A stretch of 53,325 nucleotides of DNA from Pyrinomonadaceae bacterium (GTDB lineage: Bacteria > Acidobacteriota > Blastocatellia > Pyrinomonadales > Pyrinomonadaceae), in the NCBI GenBank assembly GCA_046262135.1, contig JBHENH010000006.1:437-53761 (forward strand), in the 5' to 3' direction. Below, piece after piece: positions 45,049 to 53,325 of this stretch (its first letter is position 1; each line of letters starts with the position of its first letter). Position numbers and translations under genes: made by a program. Below the pieces are notes generated by a model. That model did not search any database. It was given only the letters and a program-made list of their open reading frames with translations, and was not told where the DNA came from.

Positions 45049-45906
45049 TTAACCGGCGGCAGCTCTCTGTCGCAGGGCCTCGTAAAGAATAATTCCAGCA
45101 GCGACCGAAACGTTGAGCGATTCTATCTGCCCCCGCAAGGGAATACGAACAAGTGCGTCGCACCGTTCCCGCACGAGTCGATGTAGACCGTGACCTTCGC
45201 CGCCGAGAAAGAGCGCGCTCGGGACCGTCCAATCCCAGTCTGTGTAATTAGAAGTGCCATTAGCCGCCGCTCCGACGACCCAGATATTGAGTTGTTTCAG
45301 TTGCTCGATTAACTGGACCAGGTTTGTGACGCGAGCTACCGCAACATGTTCGAGTGCGCCCGCAGCGGCCTTGGCAACGCCCCCGGTCAGCCCCACAGCA
45401 CGACGTTCAGGAATGAATACTGCACTCACCCCGGCACATTCCGCGGTGCGTAAAATCGCTCCGAGATTGCGTGGATCCTCCACGGCATCTAAACCGATGA
45501 CCAGTGGCTTGTGAGCCGAGTTAACCTGAAAACGCAATTCCTCGAGCAGTTCGTGCTCATCCCTGTATGCAGATGCGGCGGTTCTGGCAACGATACCCTG
45601 ATGCGTCACGCCTGGGACCGCGCGATCGAGCGCCAGCCTCGGCACCCGACGGACCGGAACTTTATTTCGCTTCGCCAGCTCCAGCAACTCTCGGAGACGC
45701 GCGTGACGGGCGCCGTCCGCAATGGCAATCTGTTCGAGCTGGGTATGTCCCACGCGAAGCGCTTCCAGTACGGGCGTTAATCCGTAAATCGTCCTGGTTT
45801 GATCTTGATGGACGGCAGATCGCTCGCTATATGAATCATCAGGCGGTTCAACCGATTTATGATTACGCGCTTGCCGGCTGCCAGGAATGGGGTTACGCGT
45901 TTTCAT
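45049..45906 (-). CDS. rlmB: TrmH/SpoU-family 23S rRNA 2'-O-methyltransferase (RlmB-like)
   Basis: GLDAVEDPRNLGAILRTAECAGV.., LFLGGEGHGL and IPLRGQIESLNVSVAAGIILYE. The start overlaps the upstream stop (ATGA). Confidence 0.75.
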   Translation of the reverse strand: MKTRNPIPGSRQARNHKSVEPPDDSYSERSAVHQDQTRTIYGLTPVLEALRVGHTQLEQIAIADGARHARLRELLELAKRNKVPVRRVPRLALDRAVPGVTHQGIVARTAASAYRDEHELLEELRFQVNSAHKPLVIGLDAVEDPRNLGAILRTAECAGVSAVFIPERRAVGLTGGVAKAAAGALEHVAVARVTNLVQLIEQLKQLNIWVVGAAANGTSNYTDWDWTVPSALFLGGEGHGLHRLVRERCDALVRIPLRGQIESLNVSVAAGIILYEALRQRAAAG

Positions 45907-46946
45907 GCTTCGTCACTGCGCCTCTTCAAATAAAAGCGGAGGCGCGAGTATCTCGAAAATTGGCTTTCGTTGCTGATCTCGTTGACGGTTCCGAGACTGA
46001 GTCTTCCCGGACCCTCGCGCCGCCAGCCGCGAGATTCGTTTTGCTGCTCACACGGCCAAACGGCATCCAGGGCCTGTCGCAGTGAACTATATGAATCGTC
46101 AAATTCCGCATTAATCGCCCGAGTGCGAAACAAATCTACCAATGTCGACATGTTCTGGTGTGCCAGTAACCCCTTTCGTTCCCCAAGGCACGAGAAATCA
46201 AAGCTATTTGCCTGAATGCGGTAAGGCAGGGGTTGTTGGTTTGTATACAACTCCAATACTAGTTCGTCACTGAAAAATTCACTCGCATCCGAGATGCGAT
46301 TTTCCGCACGGCCGCCTTTTTGCTCTTTTAGTTCGACGCGCTTGACGATCAATCTACCAACCACCAGCAACACAACGGCGGGCCACAAAATAACTTTAGG
46401 CGGCGTTTCCGGCGTTTGATGGGCTGTGATAGCGGCATCGTCAGTCTCAATGGCACGCACCTTAAACGGCGCGAGTTCACCCAGACCAAGATCGGAGTCC
46501 GCGACAATGACAGTATTGATTTCCAGTTTGCTTAGGCGACGCCGAACTAATGAAGCTTCATCAATGGTTGCTGCGCGGGCCAGCGGTAAGGGCGCATCGG
46601 CTGCCAAAATACGAGAGAGATCCGCCACCGCTAATTTCAACGCGTCCGCAGCCTCGGCCAAAGCGGCCTCGCTAAGATTTGCCGAAGGTGGCAAAAAGAT
46701 GTTGTTATAGCCGCGCTCCCATTTTTCCAGCGGACGTAGTGCAGGCTTCTGAAAATCAATTGTCGATTCAGTAGCAGGCAGTGATGCAGCGCAATAAAGG
46801 CAGTTAACACGTGTGGGGGGATTTGCTCGCAAACAACTCTCGCAGCGGACCATTTCAGTAGGTGCAAAAGACCTTGGCGCCGGTGGTTCGATTGATCCAT
46901 CAGTGGCAGAGAACTGAAAGGGAGCGTTTTCGTTATCTTTGGGCAC
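45903..46946 (-). CDS. Hypothetical protein with an N-terminal Zn-ribbon-like CxxC..CxxC and one transmembrane segment
   Basis: CESCLRANPPTRVNCLYC and a hydrophobic segment ILWPAVVLLVVGRLIV. I recognise no family. Confidence 0.6.
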   Translation of the reverse strand: MPKDNENAPFQFSATDGSIEPPAPRSFAPTEMVRCESCLRANPPTRVNCLYCAASLPATESTIDFQKPALRPLEKWERGYNNIFLPPSANLSEAALAEAADALKLAVADLSRILAADAPLPLARAATIDEASLVRRRLSKLEINTVIVADSDLGLGELAPFKVRAIETDDAAITAHQTPETPPKVILWPAVVLLVVGRLIVKRVELKEQKGGRAENRISDASEFFSDELVLELYTNQQPLPYRIQANSFDFSCLGERKGLLAHQNMSTLVDLFRTRAINAEFDDSYSSLRQALDAVWPCEQQNESRGWRREGPGRLSLGTVNEISNESQFSRYSRLRFYLKRRSDEA

Positions 46947-47031
46947 AAAACCTCCGCGACGCTAGATTATTGAATTATACGTCGCAAGCGTATCTTAAAA
47001 CACGGACGTTCCAAGTCTACCGGATGGTTAC

Positions 47032-47889
47032 ATGCTTATGGCCAAGTCCGAAATCGCAAAAGGCGTTTTACTTGTGAGCATTGCTTTGCTGATCGCAGGT
47101 TGCGCTGCGTTACAGCCACCGGCTACCACCGGACCTCGTGCAAATGAACCTCCCTATCCGGTTCTCTTTAAGGAAGACATAACTAAACGGGATGTAGTAA
47201 TGACCGTGGTGAATAGGCTTTCACCGCAGTCTGGGGCCTCCCCCGTCAGGGACCTGGAACTTCAACCGGTTACCGCCACGATCGCAAGTTTGCCGGCGGT
47301 CGGCAGTAGTCCCTTATATCTTCCGAAAGTGGGGGCTCAGCCGGTTATGAACGAGGAAGAAACAAGAGAGTCGCTCAGGAGATTCATCAAAGAGTGGCAG
47401 CAGCTGATTGGTGCAGACCCTGACAAACTTTCTCTCGTCGAAAGAGTGGATCAACCCGACGGGTCCAAACTCGCACTTTACGAGCAACGTCCCTTCCGCT
47501 ACCCCATTCGCGGAAATTATGGAAAGCTGCGGATTCATTTCGCGACCGACCGTCGCATCCTGAATATCAGTAGTACGTGCATTCCCGATGCTGACCGAAT
47601 ACAAACGGCGCTGGCCGCAATGTCAGTGCGAATCAAAGCAGAAGAAGCGATAAATAAATTAAATGAAGCGGAAGTAGCCTACACGGACGCTAACGGGAAT
47701 AAACTGAGTATCAAACAGCCGCATGTTACAGACGGAAAAGTGCTGGGGCTGGTGATTTATATTGTGGGTCCAAAAACTCAGACAGGAGCGCTGGAGTTTC
47801 ACATCGCATGGGAGATGGAGCTGGACAATGCTTCTGTAAAAACCGCATACGTGGACGCCGTCACCGGAGAGATATTTGCGAGCCAATGA
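47032..47889 (+). CDS. Lipoprotein, hypothetical (PepSY-like C-terminus possible)
   Basis: Lipobox LLIAGCAAL. I recognise no catalytic motif. Confidence 0.6.
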   Translation: MLMAKSEIAKGVLLVSIALLIAGCAALQPPATTGPRANEPPYPVLFKEDITKRDVVMTVVNRLSPQSGASPVRDLELQPVTATIASLPAVGSSPLYLPKVGAQPVMNEEETRESLRRFIKEWQQLIGADPDKLSLVERVDQPDGSKLALYEQRPFRYPIRGNYGKLRIHFATDRRILNISSTCIPDADRIQTALAAMSVRIKAEEAINKLNEAEVAYTDANGNKLSIKQPHVTDGKVLGLVIYIVGPKTQTGALEFHIAWEMELDNASVKTAYVDAVTGEIFASQ

Positions 47890-48052
47890 TCTGCTGCACA
47901 TCTGTCATCAGTCCCTCAATCCCCGGCCCGAAGCACTGAAACATAATGACGATTGAACAGACCTACTACGGTCACGGTGGGTTGCGCTTGACCAATCTGG
48001 GACAACGAAGCATTCTAGAAACAATTAAAAGTTTATTTGGAGTGGCCTTTAT

Positions 48053-48778
48053 ATGCACAATTTTGATCCGACGAATAATGTTTCGTGGCAACTCGGACAT
48101 CGCGGCAGGGTAGCCGTTTTCATCGACGGCAACAATCTTTTCCATGCCGCTCGCTTTCATAATATCGACATTGACTACAACAAACTCCTTCGCGTGCTTT
48201 TGGGCGACGGGCGTTTGCTGCGGGCTTTCTTCTACACGGGAGTGGATGTTGGCGCCGAAAGACAACAGGGCTTTCTGCTCTGGATGAGGCGCAACGGTTT
48301 TCGCGTTATTCAAAAGGAATTAAAAACGTTTTATGACGGAAGCCGCAAAGCAAATCTCGACGTCGAAATCGCTGTTGATATGCTTTCGCTTGCCGGTCGA
48401 TATGATACGGCCGTCCTGGTTTCAGGCGACGAAGACTTTGTTTACGCTGTAAACGCAGTGGCCTATAAAGGCTGCCGCGTTGAAGTCGCTGGATTTCGCT
48501 CGAATACTGCCCCGAAGCTGATCGACGTGGCCGATTACTTTATTGACCTGGGAGAAATTGGCGATAGGGTACGGAAAGAAATTCACAGCGCCCGTTACGA
48601 TGAACGCGAAATGCCGGAGCAACAACCGACGCAATACCTGCACGAACAAATCGAAATTCAGGAAACCTCGACCGATGCCTTTCAATCGGCCATGCGGGTT
48701 GTGTTGGAGACAACCATCGAGGAAGTCGAGCAATTCGACGCGTCGACAGAATTCATCCGTGTAACAGACGAGCACTGA
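48053..48778 (+). CDS. NYN/LabA-like (DUF88) domain protein with an acidic C-terminal tail
   Basis: VAVFIDGNNLFHAA.., KANLDVEIAVDM and VLVSGDEDFVYAV. Confidence 0.8.
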   Translation: MHNFDPTNNVSWQLGHRGRVAVFIDGNNLFHAARFHNIDIDYNKLLRVLLGDGRLLRAFFYTGVDVGAERQQGFLLWMRRNGFRVIQKELKTFYDGSRKANLDVEIAVDMLSLAGRYDTAVLVSGDEDFVYAVNAVAYKGCRVEVAGFRSNTAPKLIDVADYFIDLGEIGDRVRKEIHSARYDEREMPEQQPTQYLHEQIEIQETSTDAFQSAMRVVLETTIEEVEQFDASTEFIRVTDEH

Positions 48779-48797
48779 GCCACGATTTTCAAATAGT

Positions 48798-49175
48798 ATG
48801 AAGCTTTTTACCGTTGACGAAGCGAACGCCCTTCTACCCTCGGTTCGTCAAATTCTGAGAAAGATTCAGCGTTCTCGGAAAAAATTGTCCACACTTAGCG
48901 AAGAGGCAAAGTTAGCTTCTGCCGGCGCGGAACAAGGTGGCGGCGGAATGGCGAGTGGGATACATTACGCCAGCCTACTGACGAATTTCACCTCCAGCGT
49001 GGGACAGTTGGAGTCGCTAGGTGTGCAATTGAAGGATTTCGAACGCGGCCTTGTTGATTTTCCCTCTTTAAGAGAAGGCCGTGTCGTGTTACTTTGTTGG
49101 CAGTTGGGCGAAGGCGACCAACTGGAATGGTGGCACGACACAGAAGCTGGTTTCGCCGGTCGCACACCGCTTTAA
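48798..49175 (+). CDS. DUF2203 family protein
   Basis: MKLFTVDEANALLPSV.. and GVQLKDFERGLVDFPSLREGRVVLLCWQLGE..LEWWH. Confidence 0.75.
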   Translation: MKLFTVDEANALLPSVRQILRKIQRSRKKLSTLSEEAKLASAGAEQGGGGMASGIHYASLLTNFTSSVGQLESLGVQLKDFERGLVDFPSLREGRVVLLCWQLGEGDQLEWWHDTEAGFAGRTPL

Positions 49176-49369
49176 AAGTTTTCCACAACCGCGCTCTCGT
49201 TCAATACGGTAAACTGCCCGCGTCCACAACTCCAACAGCTGTTATATTTTCTCGTTGACCACTTAAAGTAGTTCCTGATACCATGCGCGCCGAGTTGCTC
49301 GGAGTTGTGCGCCGGTTTTCGGCAACGCTCCCAGCTACCTCAGACGGACCCCTTCGGAGGCAGCTTGGT

Positions 49370-50518
49370 ATGCGATGTCCCTCATGCGGCGCGCTCTGTA
49401 AGAAGCGCTCGCTTCAATGTGCTGAATGCGGCGCCTTTCGCAGTAAGAGCTCAGACAAGACCCGCCAACGACAGCCGGTACAAACCACCGTCCTGGAAGA
49501 GAAAAGAAGCCCTAAAACCAAGCGGAACCGCGATCCAAAATCGACTTCCTCCTTAATTAAGTTTCCGAGTGCCACAAAAGGTTCGATACCGCAATGGCGT
49601 AGGGAGCTAAGCGAGCGGGTACGGGAAGTGCAAGAACGACGAGCGCGGGAAGCCGCACAGGAAGCGAATGCGGCCGGCGCGGATCTCATCGTGGAATCCT
49701 CAAAAGGTCCACTGTTGGAACTGATTCCTCCAGCTGACCTGCCGCCATTGAATCCATTAGTCGAAGCTGCTCTGCGCAGAATCGAACGTGCCCATGCAAC
49801 CTCTCATTTTGGCAGTAATGCCCTTGCCATAGCTGTAGATTGTGAAGAACAGCCGGAGTATGGAGAAGATATGTCACTAATGACGAACGAAGCGGACGCC
49901 AACGCCATAGCATACCGCGATAACATGAGTAATAGTCTCCCCGAGGAACGAGTTCATAACCTGGCGGTTGTTCCCACTTCGCCTGCAGTTGTGCCTAAAG
50001 AAGCCGAACGGATCACGAAGCCGCGCAGGCTTATAACCGGGGATTTGAACGACCCTGCACTGAATTATTTGGAATCCATTCCGACGGCGCTTGACCTCGA
50101 CAGACGAGACCCTCACGTGGCATCTCTTTTTTCCCGTGCTGTCAGCGCAATAGTGGATCTGATTGTAGTTTCTGGTATCTCAGCCGGTATCGTTACGCTG
50201 GCGCTGTTACCCGATCTCAGATGGCAAGAACCGCGAGTCATAATGTATGCCGTTGTTACCGGCCTTGTCGTAGCTTTTTTCTATTTGACGATAAGCACAG
50301 CGATGACAGGCCGTACGCTCGGAATGAGACTTCTTTCGCTACGAGTTATCGATGCGCGAACCGGTTTTGTGCCGACGGGCAGGCAAGCGGCAGGAGGTGC
50401 GACCATTTACATTCTGTCGCTCGTCTTCGCTGGCATTCCTTTGCTTTACACATTTTTTGACGCTGAAAGGAATACTTTTCACGATCGCTTCACTCAAACG
50501 GCTGTGATTCGAGCGTGA
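49370..50518 (+). CDS. Zn-ribbon plus RDD-family membrane protein
   Basis: RBS ggagg, then ATG 49370. MRCPSCGALCKKRSLQCAECGA. The C-terminal RDD-like 3-transmembrane domain contains RAVSAIVDLIVV..GRTLGMRLLSLRVID. Confidence 0.7.
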   Translation: MRCPSCGALCKKRSLQCAECGAFRSKSSDKTRQRQPVQTTVLEEKRSPKTKRNRDPKSTSSLIKFPSATKGSIPQWRRELSERVREVQERRAREAAQEANAAGADLIVESSKGPLLELIPPADLPPLNPLVEAALRRIERAHATSHFGSNALAIAVDCEEQPEYGEDMSLMTNEADANAIAYRDNMSNSLPEERVHNLAVVPTSPAVVPKEAERITKPRRLITGDLNDPALNYLESIPTALDLDRRDPHVASLFSRAVSAIVDLIVVSGISAGIVTLALLPDLRWQEPRVIMYAVVTGLVVAFFYLTISTAMTGRTLGMRLLSLRVIDARTGFVPTGRQAAGGATIYILSLVFAGIPLLYTFFDAERNTFHDRFTQTAVIRA

Positions 50519-50610
50519 CGCCAGCTTAATCGATGGAATTGGCTCTGCTCTGTGCGCCAGGGCAGGGCCTTTCTACTTTTATCCCTTGAGCCGACAATTG
50601 AAACCCGCCA

Positions 50611-52053
50611 GTGCACCACCAAACGCTAAAAGATGTCGTAATTGAGTTGGAAACGATTCTGACAGGGCGGTTCCTCGGCAAGGTATTCCAGCTGTCCGAA
50701 TTGTCTTTGGCAATGGACTTCGGTGTTAAGGCGGAAGGCTACCTATTAATTAATGTCGAACCAGCCGCACCGCGCCTCTACCTGATCAAGCGAACCAGTC
50801 GACAAATGGAAAAGTCTTCCGCTACGCCTTTACCTTTCGCGCAAGCCCTGCGGGCGAACTTAGGGGGCGCCCGGCTCGCAGCTGTAACGCAAGATGCAGA
50901 GGAGCGGATTGTTAGATTTCTCTTTTCCGTAAATGATGATTTGGGCGATACGCGAACTCGAGTTCTGGTCGCGCAGCTTACAGGCCGCTCGGCAAACCTA
51001 CTTTTGCTCAACTCAGAAGGGTGTATTACCCACGCTCTCCGAAAACCGAAGGGTGACGGCCAACAAATGGGTGGCCAGTATCGCCCTCCAAAGGCTCAGG
51101 CCAGCGCGGTTTTGCGGGAACCTCTTGTTGTTCGTGGGAAGTCGCCGTCTATTTCAGCAGCAGCCGATGAATATTATCGTCGCGCGGAAACCGAACATGA
51201 ATTTGCGGGCCTGGCTGCCAGGCTGCGAGCAAATCTGCGAAAGGAGATAACCAGGCGAAGGAAGCTAAAGATTAATCTGCAAAAGGATTTGGTCGCGCAC
51301 GGTAATCCCGAGGCACACAAGCGTCTTGGCGATCTGTTATTGGCCAATATCTCTAATGCGCAGCGGCAGGGAAGCAAAGTTACTGTCAATGATTATTACG
51401 CTGAGGGTTCGCCGGCGGTAGTCATCGAAATCGATGAGAATAAATCCTTGCAGGATGCGGCGAGCGAGGCTTTTTCGCGTTACACGAAAGCCAAACGCGC
51501 AATTGAAGAGATCTCCGGGAGGTCTGTCGAGCTGGACCGCGAGTTGGTAGAACTTGAGAAGAAACAAATGCTACTTGAGAAGGCGATTGCCAGTGACGAC
51601 GCGAGCGCACTCGCTTCATTCCACGACAAAAGGGACAAGTCTGCACCGACTCATAAGACAGAAAAAGCGTCCATTGCCCATCCGGGCACGCGGCGCTATC
51701 TATCGTCTGACGGATATGAAGTCCTGGTCGGGCGAACCGCGCGCGATAACGACGCCCTGACTTTTCGTGTAGCGCGACCAAACGACCTGTGGCTTCACGC
51801 CGGAGATTATCCCGGTTCGCACGTCGTCGTTCGAAATAGCAGCCGGAAAGAGATTCCTCAACGTACCGTGATTGAAGCAGCGCAGCTGGCGGCGAAATTT
51901 AGCAGGGCGGCGAAGGATTCCAAGGTTGCGATTCACTACACGTTGCGCAAATTTCTTTCCAAACCGAAACGCTCCGCTCCCGGACTGGTACGAGTATCGA
52001 GCTTCAAGACGATTACCGTCGAACCTGCGGAAAACATCGAGCGAATAAAATAG
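50611..52053 (+). CDS. NFACT-family (RqcH / fibronectin-binding protein A-like) protein
   Basis: NFACT-N-like N-terminus, a coiled-coil middle and NFACT-R/DUF814 (SSDGYEVLVGRTARDNDALTF..DLWLHAGDYPGSHVVV). GTG start. Confidence 0.8.
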   Translation: MHHQTLKDVVIELETILTGRFLGKVFQLSELSLAMDFGVKAEGYLLINVEPAAPRLYLIKRTSRQMEKSSATPLPFAQALRANLGGARLAAVTQDAEERIVRFLFSVNDDLGDTRTRVLVAQLTGRSANLLLLNSEGCITHALRKPKGDGQQMGGQYRPPKAQASAVLREPLVVRGKSPSISAAADEYYRRAETEHEFAGLAARLRANLRKEITRRRKLKINLQKDLVAHGNPEAHKRLGDLLLANISNAQRQGSKVTVNDYYAEGSPAVVIEIDENKSLQDAASEAFSRYTKAKRAIEEISGRSVELDRELVELEKKQMLLEKAIASDDASALASFHDKRDKSAPTHKTEKASIAHPGTRRYLSSDGYEVLVGRTARDNDALTFRVARPNDLWLHAGDYPGSHVVVRNSSRKEIPQRTVIEAAQLAAKFSRAAKDSKVAIHYTLRKFLSKPKRSAPGLVRVSSFKTITVEPAENIERIK

Positions 52054-52130
52054 CCGTTTGCTGCCAGTCAGCAGTCGCGATTGCTCCACTTACCACGCAG
52101 CCCGCCTGCTCACTGCTTCCCGTTCACGGG

Positions 52131-52352
52131 TTACTTATACCTGTAAGTGATTCTGCCTCTCGACAGATCATACGGGGACATTTCGACACTCACACGGTCG
52201 CCAACCAGGATGCGGATGCGGTTCTTGCGCATCTTACCGGAAATCGCCGCGAGCACGACGTGTTCGGTATTGTCCAATTGGACTTTAAAGAACGCGTTGG
52301 GCTGCTTATCTATAATCGTGCCCTCGGCCGGAATCAAATCGTCTCTTGCCAA
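52131..52352 (-). CDS. infA: Translation initiation factor IF-1
   Basis: [67 protein letters not shown] start with RBS aaggag. Confidence 0.95.
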   Translation of the reverse strand: MARDDLIPAEGTIIDKQPNAFFKVQLDNTEHVVLAAISGKMRKNRIRILVGDRVSVEMSPYDLSRGRITYRYK

Positions 52353-52371
52353 TAGATGCTCCTTTGAAAAT

Positions 52372-52480
52372 GTTTCAAGTTCAAGATCTTAAGTTTCAGG
52401 TTGGGTAATCATATTTCAGGCCTCAAGATCCGCGCGAACGTGGAAGTTTGAAACCTGACTGAAACTTGAAAGTTGAAACT
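52372..52480 (-). promoter_or_regulatory. Long imperfect inverted repeat built from GTTTCA(A/G) motifs between the helicase stop and infA
   Basis: The plus strand reads gtttcaagttcaagatcttaagtttcagg (52372-52400) and tttgaaacctgactgaaacttgaaagttgaaac (52448-52480). The terminal 7-mers gtttcaa/ttgaaac pair. Confidence 0.35.
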
Positions 52481-52484
52481 AGTT

Positions 52485-53325
52485 TTAACGACTCGCGCGG
52501 CGCGGCCGAAACGACCGCGTAAAAACCGCTCGTGGTGTTGCGCGTGTATAAGGCTTACCCGTAGCGGACTCGGTTTTCCTTCCGCCGAATCCTGGAAGCA
52601 CTACACGCTCCACCGTTTGACCAGTGAGCCGTTCAATAGCGCGCATGGATAACTCATCGACAGGCGTCACGATGGTAATCGCGCGTCCTGCGTTGCCAGC
52701 TCGTCCAGTACGGCCGATCCGATGCACGTAATCTTCCGGAGCTGAGGGCACGTCATAATTGATGACGTGCGAAACGGCATCAACATCAAGCCCGCGCGCT
52801 GCAATGTCAGTGGCAACAAGCACTCGTGTCCGGCCGTCGCGGAATCCGCGTAGCGCAGCTTCTCGCTGCGGCTGCGTCCGATCCGAATGAATTCGGTTAA
52901 CGCTATGTTCGCGCGCTGAAAGAATGTGAGACAGGCGTTCTGCGCCGCGCCGGGTGCGGGTAAAAACCAACACTCGTTCAAAACGCTCACGCTCAAGCAG
53001 ATCGAGCAGCAATGCAGTTTTTGATTCCTGCGCGACTGGGTAAGCTGTTTGTTCAACCATCGTTGCGGCTTGTCCGCGCGGGCTGACTTCAATCAGCTTC
53101 GGTGACTTCATCGTGGTCCGCGCTAGCTTTTCAATGTCTGAAGACATCGTCGCCGAGAACAAAAGAGTTTGCCTTTTTGCAGGAACCATCGCCAGAATCC
53201 GCCGGATCGCCGGTAAAAATCCCATGTCCAGCATGCGATCAGCTTCATCAAGCACGAGCACTTCGACTGTCGAAAGACTGACGGCGCCGCGCTCCATTAG
53301 ATCTAGAAGGCGACCGGGCGTCGCA
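52485..53325 (-). CDS. DEAD-box ATP-dependent RNA helicase (RhlE-like), N-terminus outside the window
   Basis: The frame is open to the window edge. Motifs are [30 protein letters not shown] and [10 protein letters not shown]. The C-terminal tail is basic. Confidence 0.9.
   Translation of the reverse strand, partial: ATPGRLLDLMERGAVSLSTVEVLVLDEADRMLDMGFLPAIRRILAMVPAKRQTLLFSATMSSDIEKLARTTMKSPKLIEVSPRGQAATMVEQTAYPVAQESKTALLLDLLERERFERVLVFTRTRRGAERLSHILSAREHSVNRIHSDRTQPQREAALRGFRDGRTRVLVATDIAARGLDVDAVSHVINYDVPSAPEDYVHRIGRTGRAGNAGRAITIVTPVDELSMRAIERLTGQTVERVVLPGFGGRKTESATGKPYTRATPRAVFTRSFRPRRASR

Noticed and set aside
48053-50518. The NYN, DUF2203 and Zn-ribbon/RDD genes could form a defence or toxin-antitoxin-like module.
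   Set aside because: The genes are separated by ordinary spacers, and no nuclease-partner or ATPase logic typical of defence systems is present. All three families are widespread housekeeping-context genes, and nothing in the sequence links them functionally.

Overview
The window is a 53.3-kb, moderately GC-rich bacterial chromosomal segment with about 50 protein genes on both strands. The gene content (ECF42-type sigma with DGPF/YciI neighbours, many Zn-ribbon and beta-propeller proteins, DoxX proteins, an orphan pilin) is reminiscent of soil Acidobacteria-like genomes, but the taxon cannot be fixed from sequence alone. Most of the window is housekeeping or envelope functions: a TolC fragment, malQ, ROK glucokinase, aroD/aroE fusion, MoeB/ThiF, RlmB, HtrA, infA, a DEAD-box helicase, an NFACT/RqcH-like protein and tRNA-Val(CAC). 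I found no rRNA, no CRISPR array, no integrase or phage genes and no recognisable defence system.

Features not explained by ordinary genes:
1. A 2.7-copy tandem array of a 126-bp structured non-coding unit lies at 2975-3319.
2. A REP/BIME-like palindromic family with compensatory stem changes surrounds a twice-frameshifted RAYT (Y1 transposase) gene and brackets malQ (17525-17582, 19145-20089).
3. Gene decay is unusually dense. It includes GH15 and GH13 remnants, a GT1 remnant, a SAM-methyltransferase pseudogene, the RAYT, and a DUF1801 gene carrying a compensated double frameshift.
4. A translationally coupled three-gene operon combines an atypical DAGK-like kinase, a thymidylate-kinase-like/methyltransferase fusion and a GlpD-like oxidoreductase (10966-15450). 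I cannot assign it to any characterised pathway.
5. A polyprenyl-phosphate-sugar type glycosylation cluster (UPF0718 permease, DUF2064, GT87/DUF2029, GT2) sits next to a DoxX/radical-SAM-SPASM pair (29040-34766).
6. An ABC-2 permease/EEP phosphoesterase/ATPase operon has an ATPase with no canonical start codon (20481-23080).

None of these can be proven novel without database searches. Items 1 and 4 are my best candidates for something undescribed.
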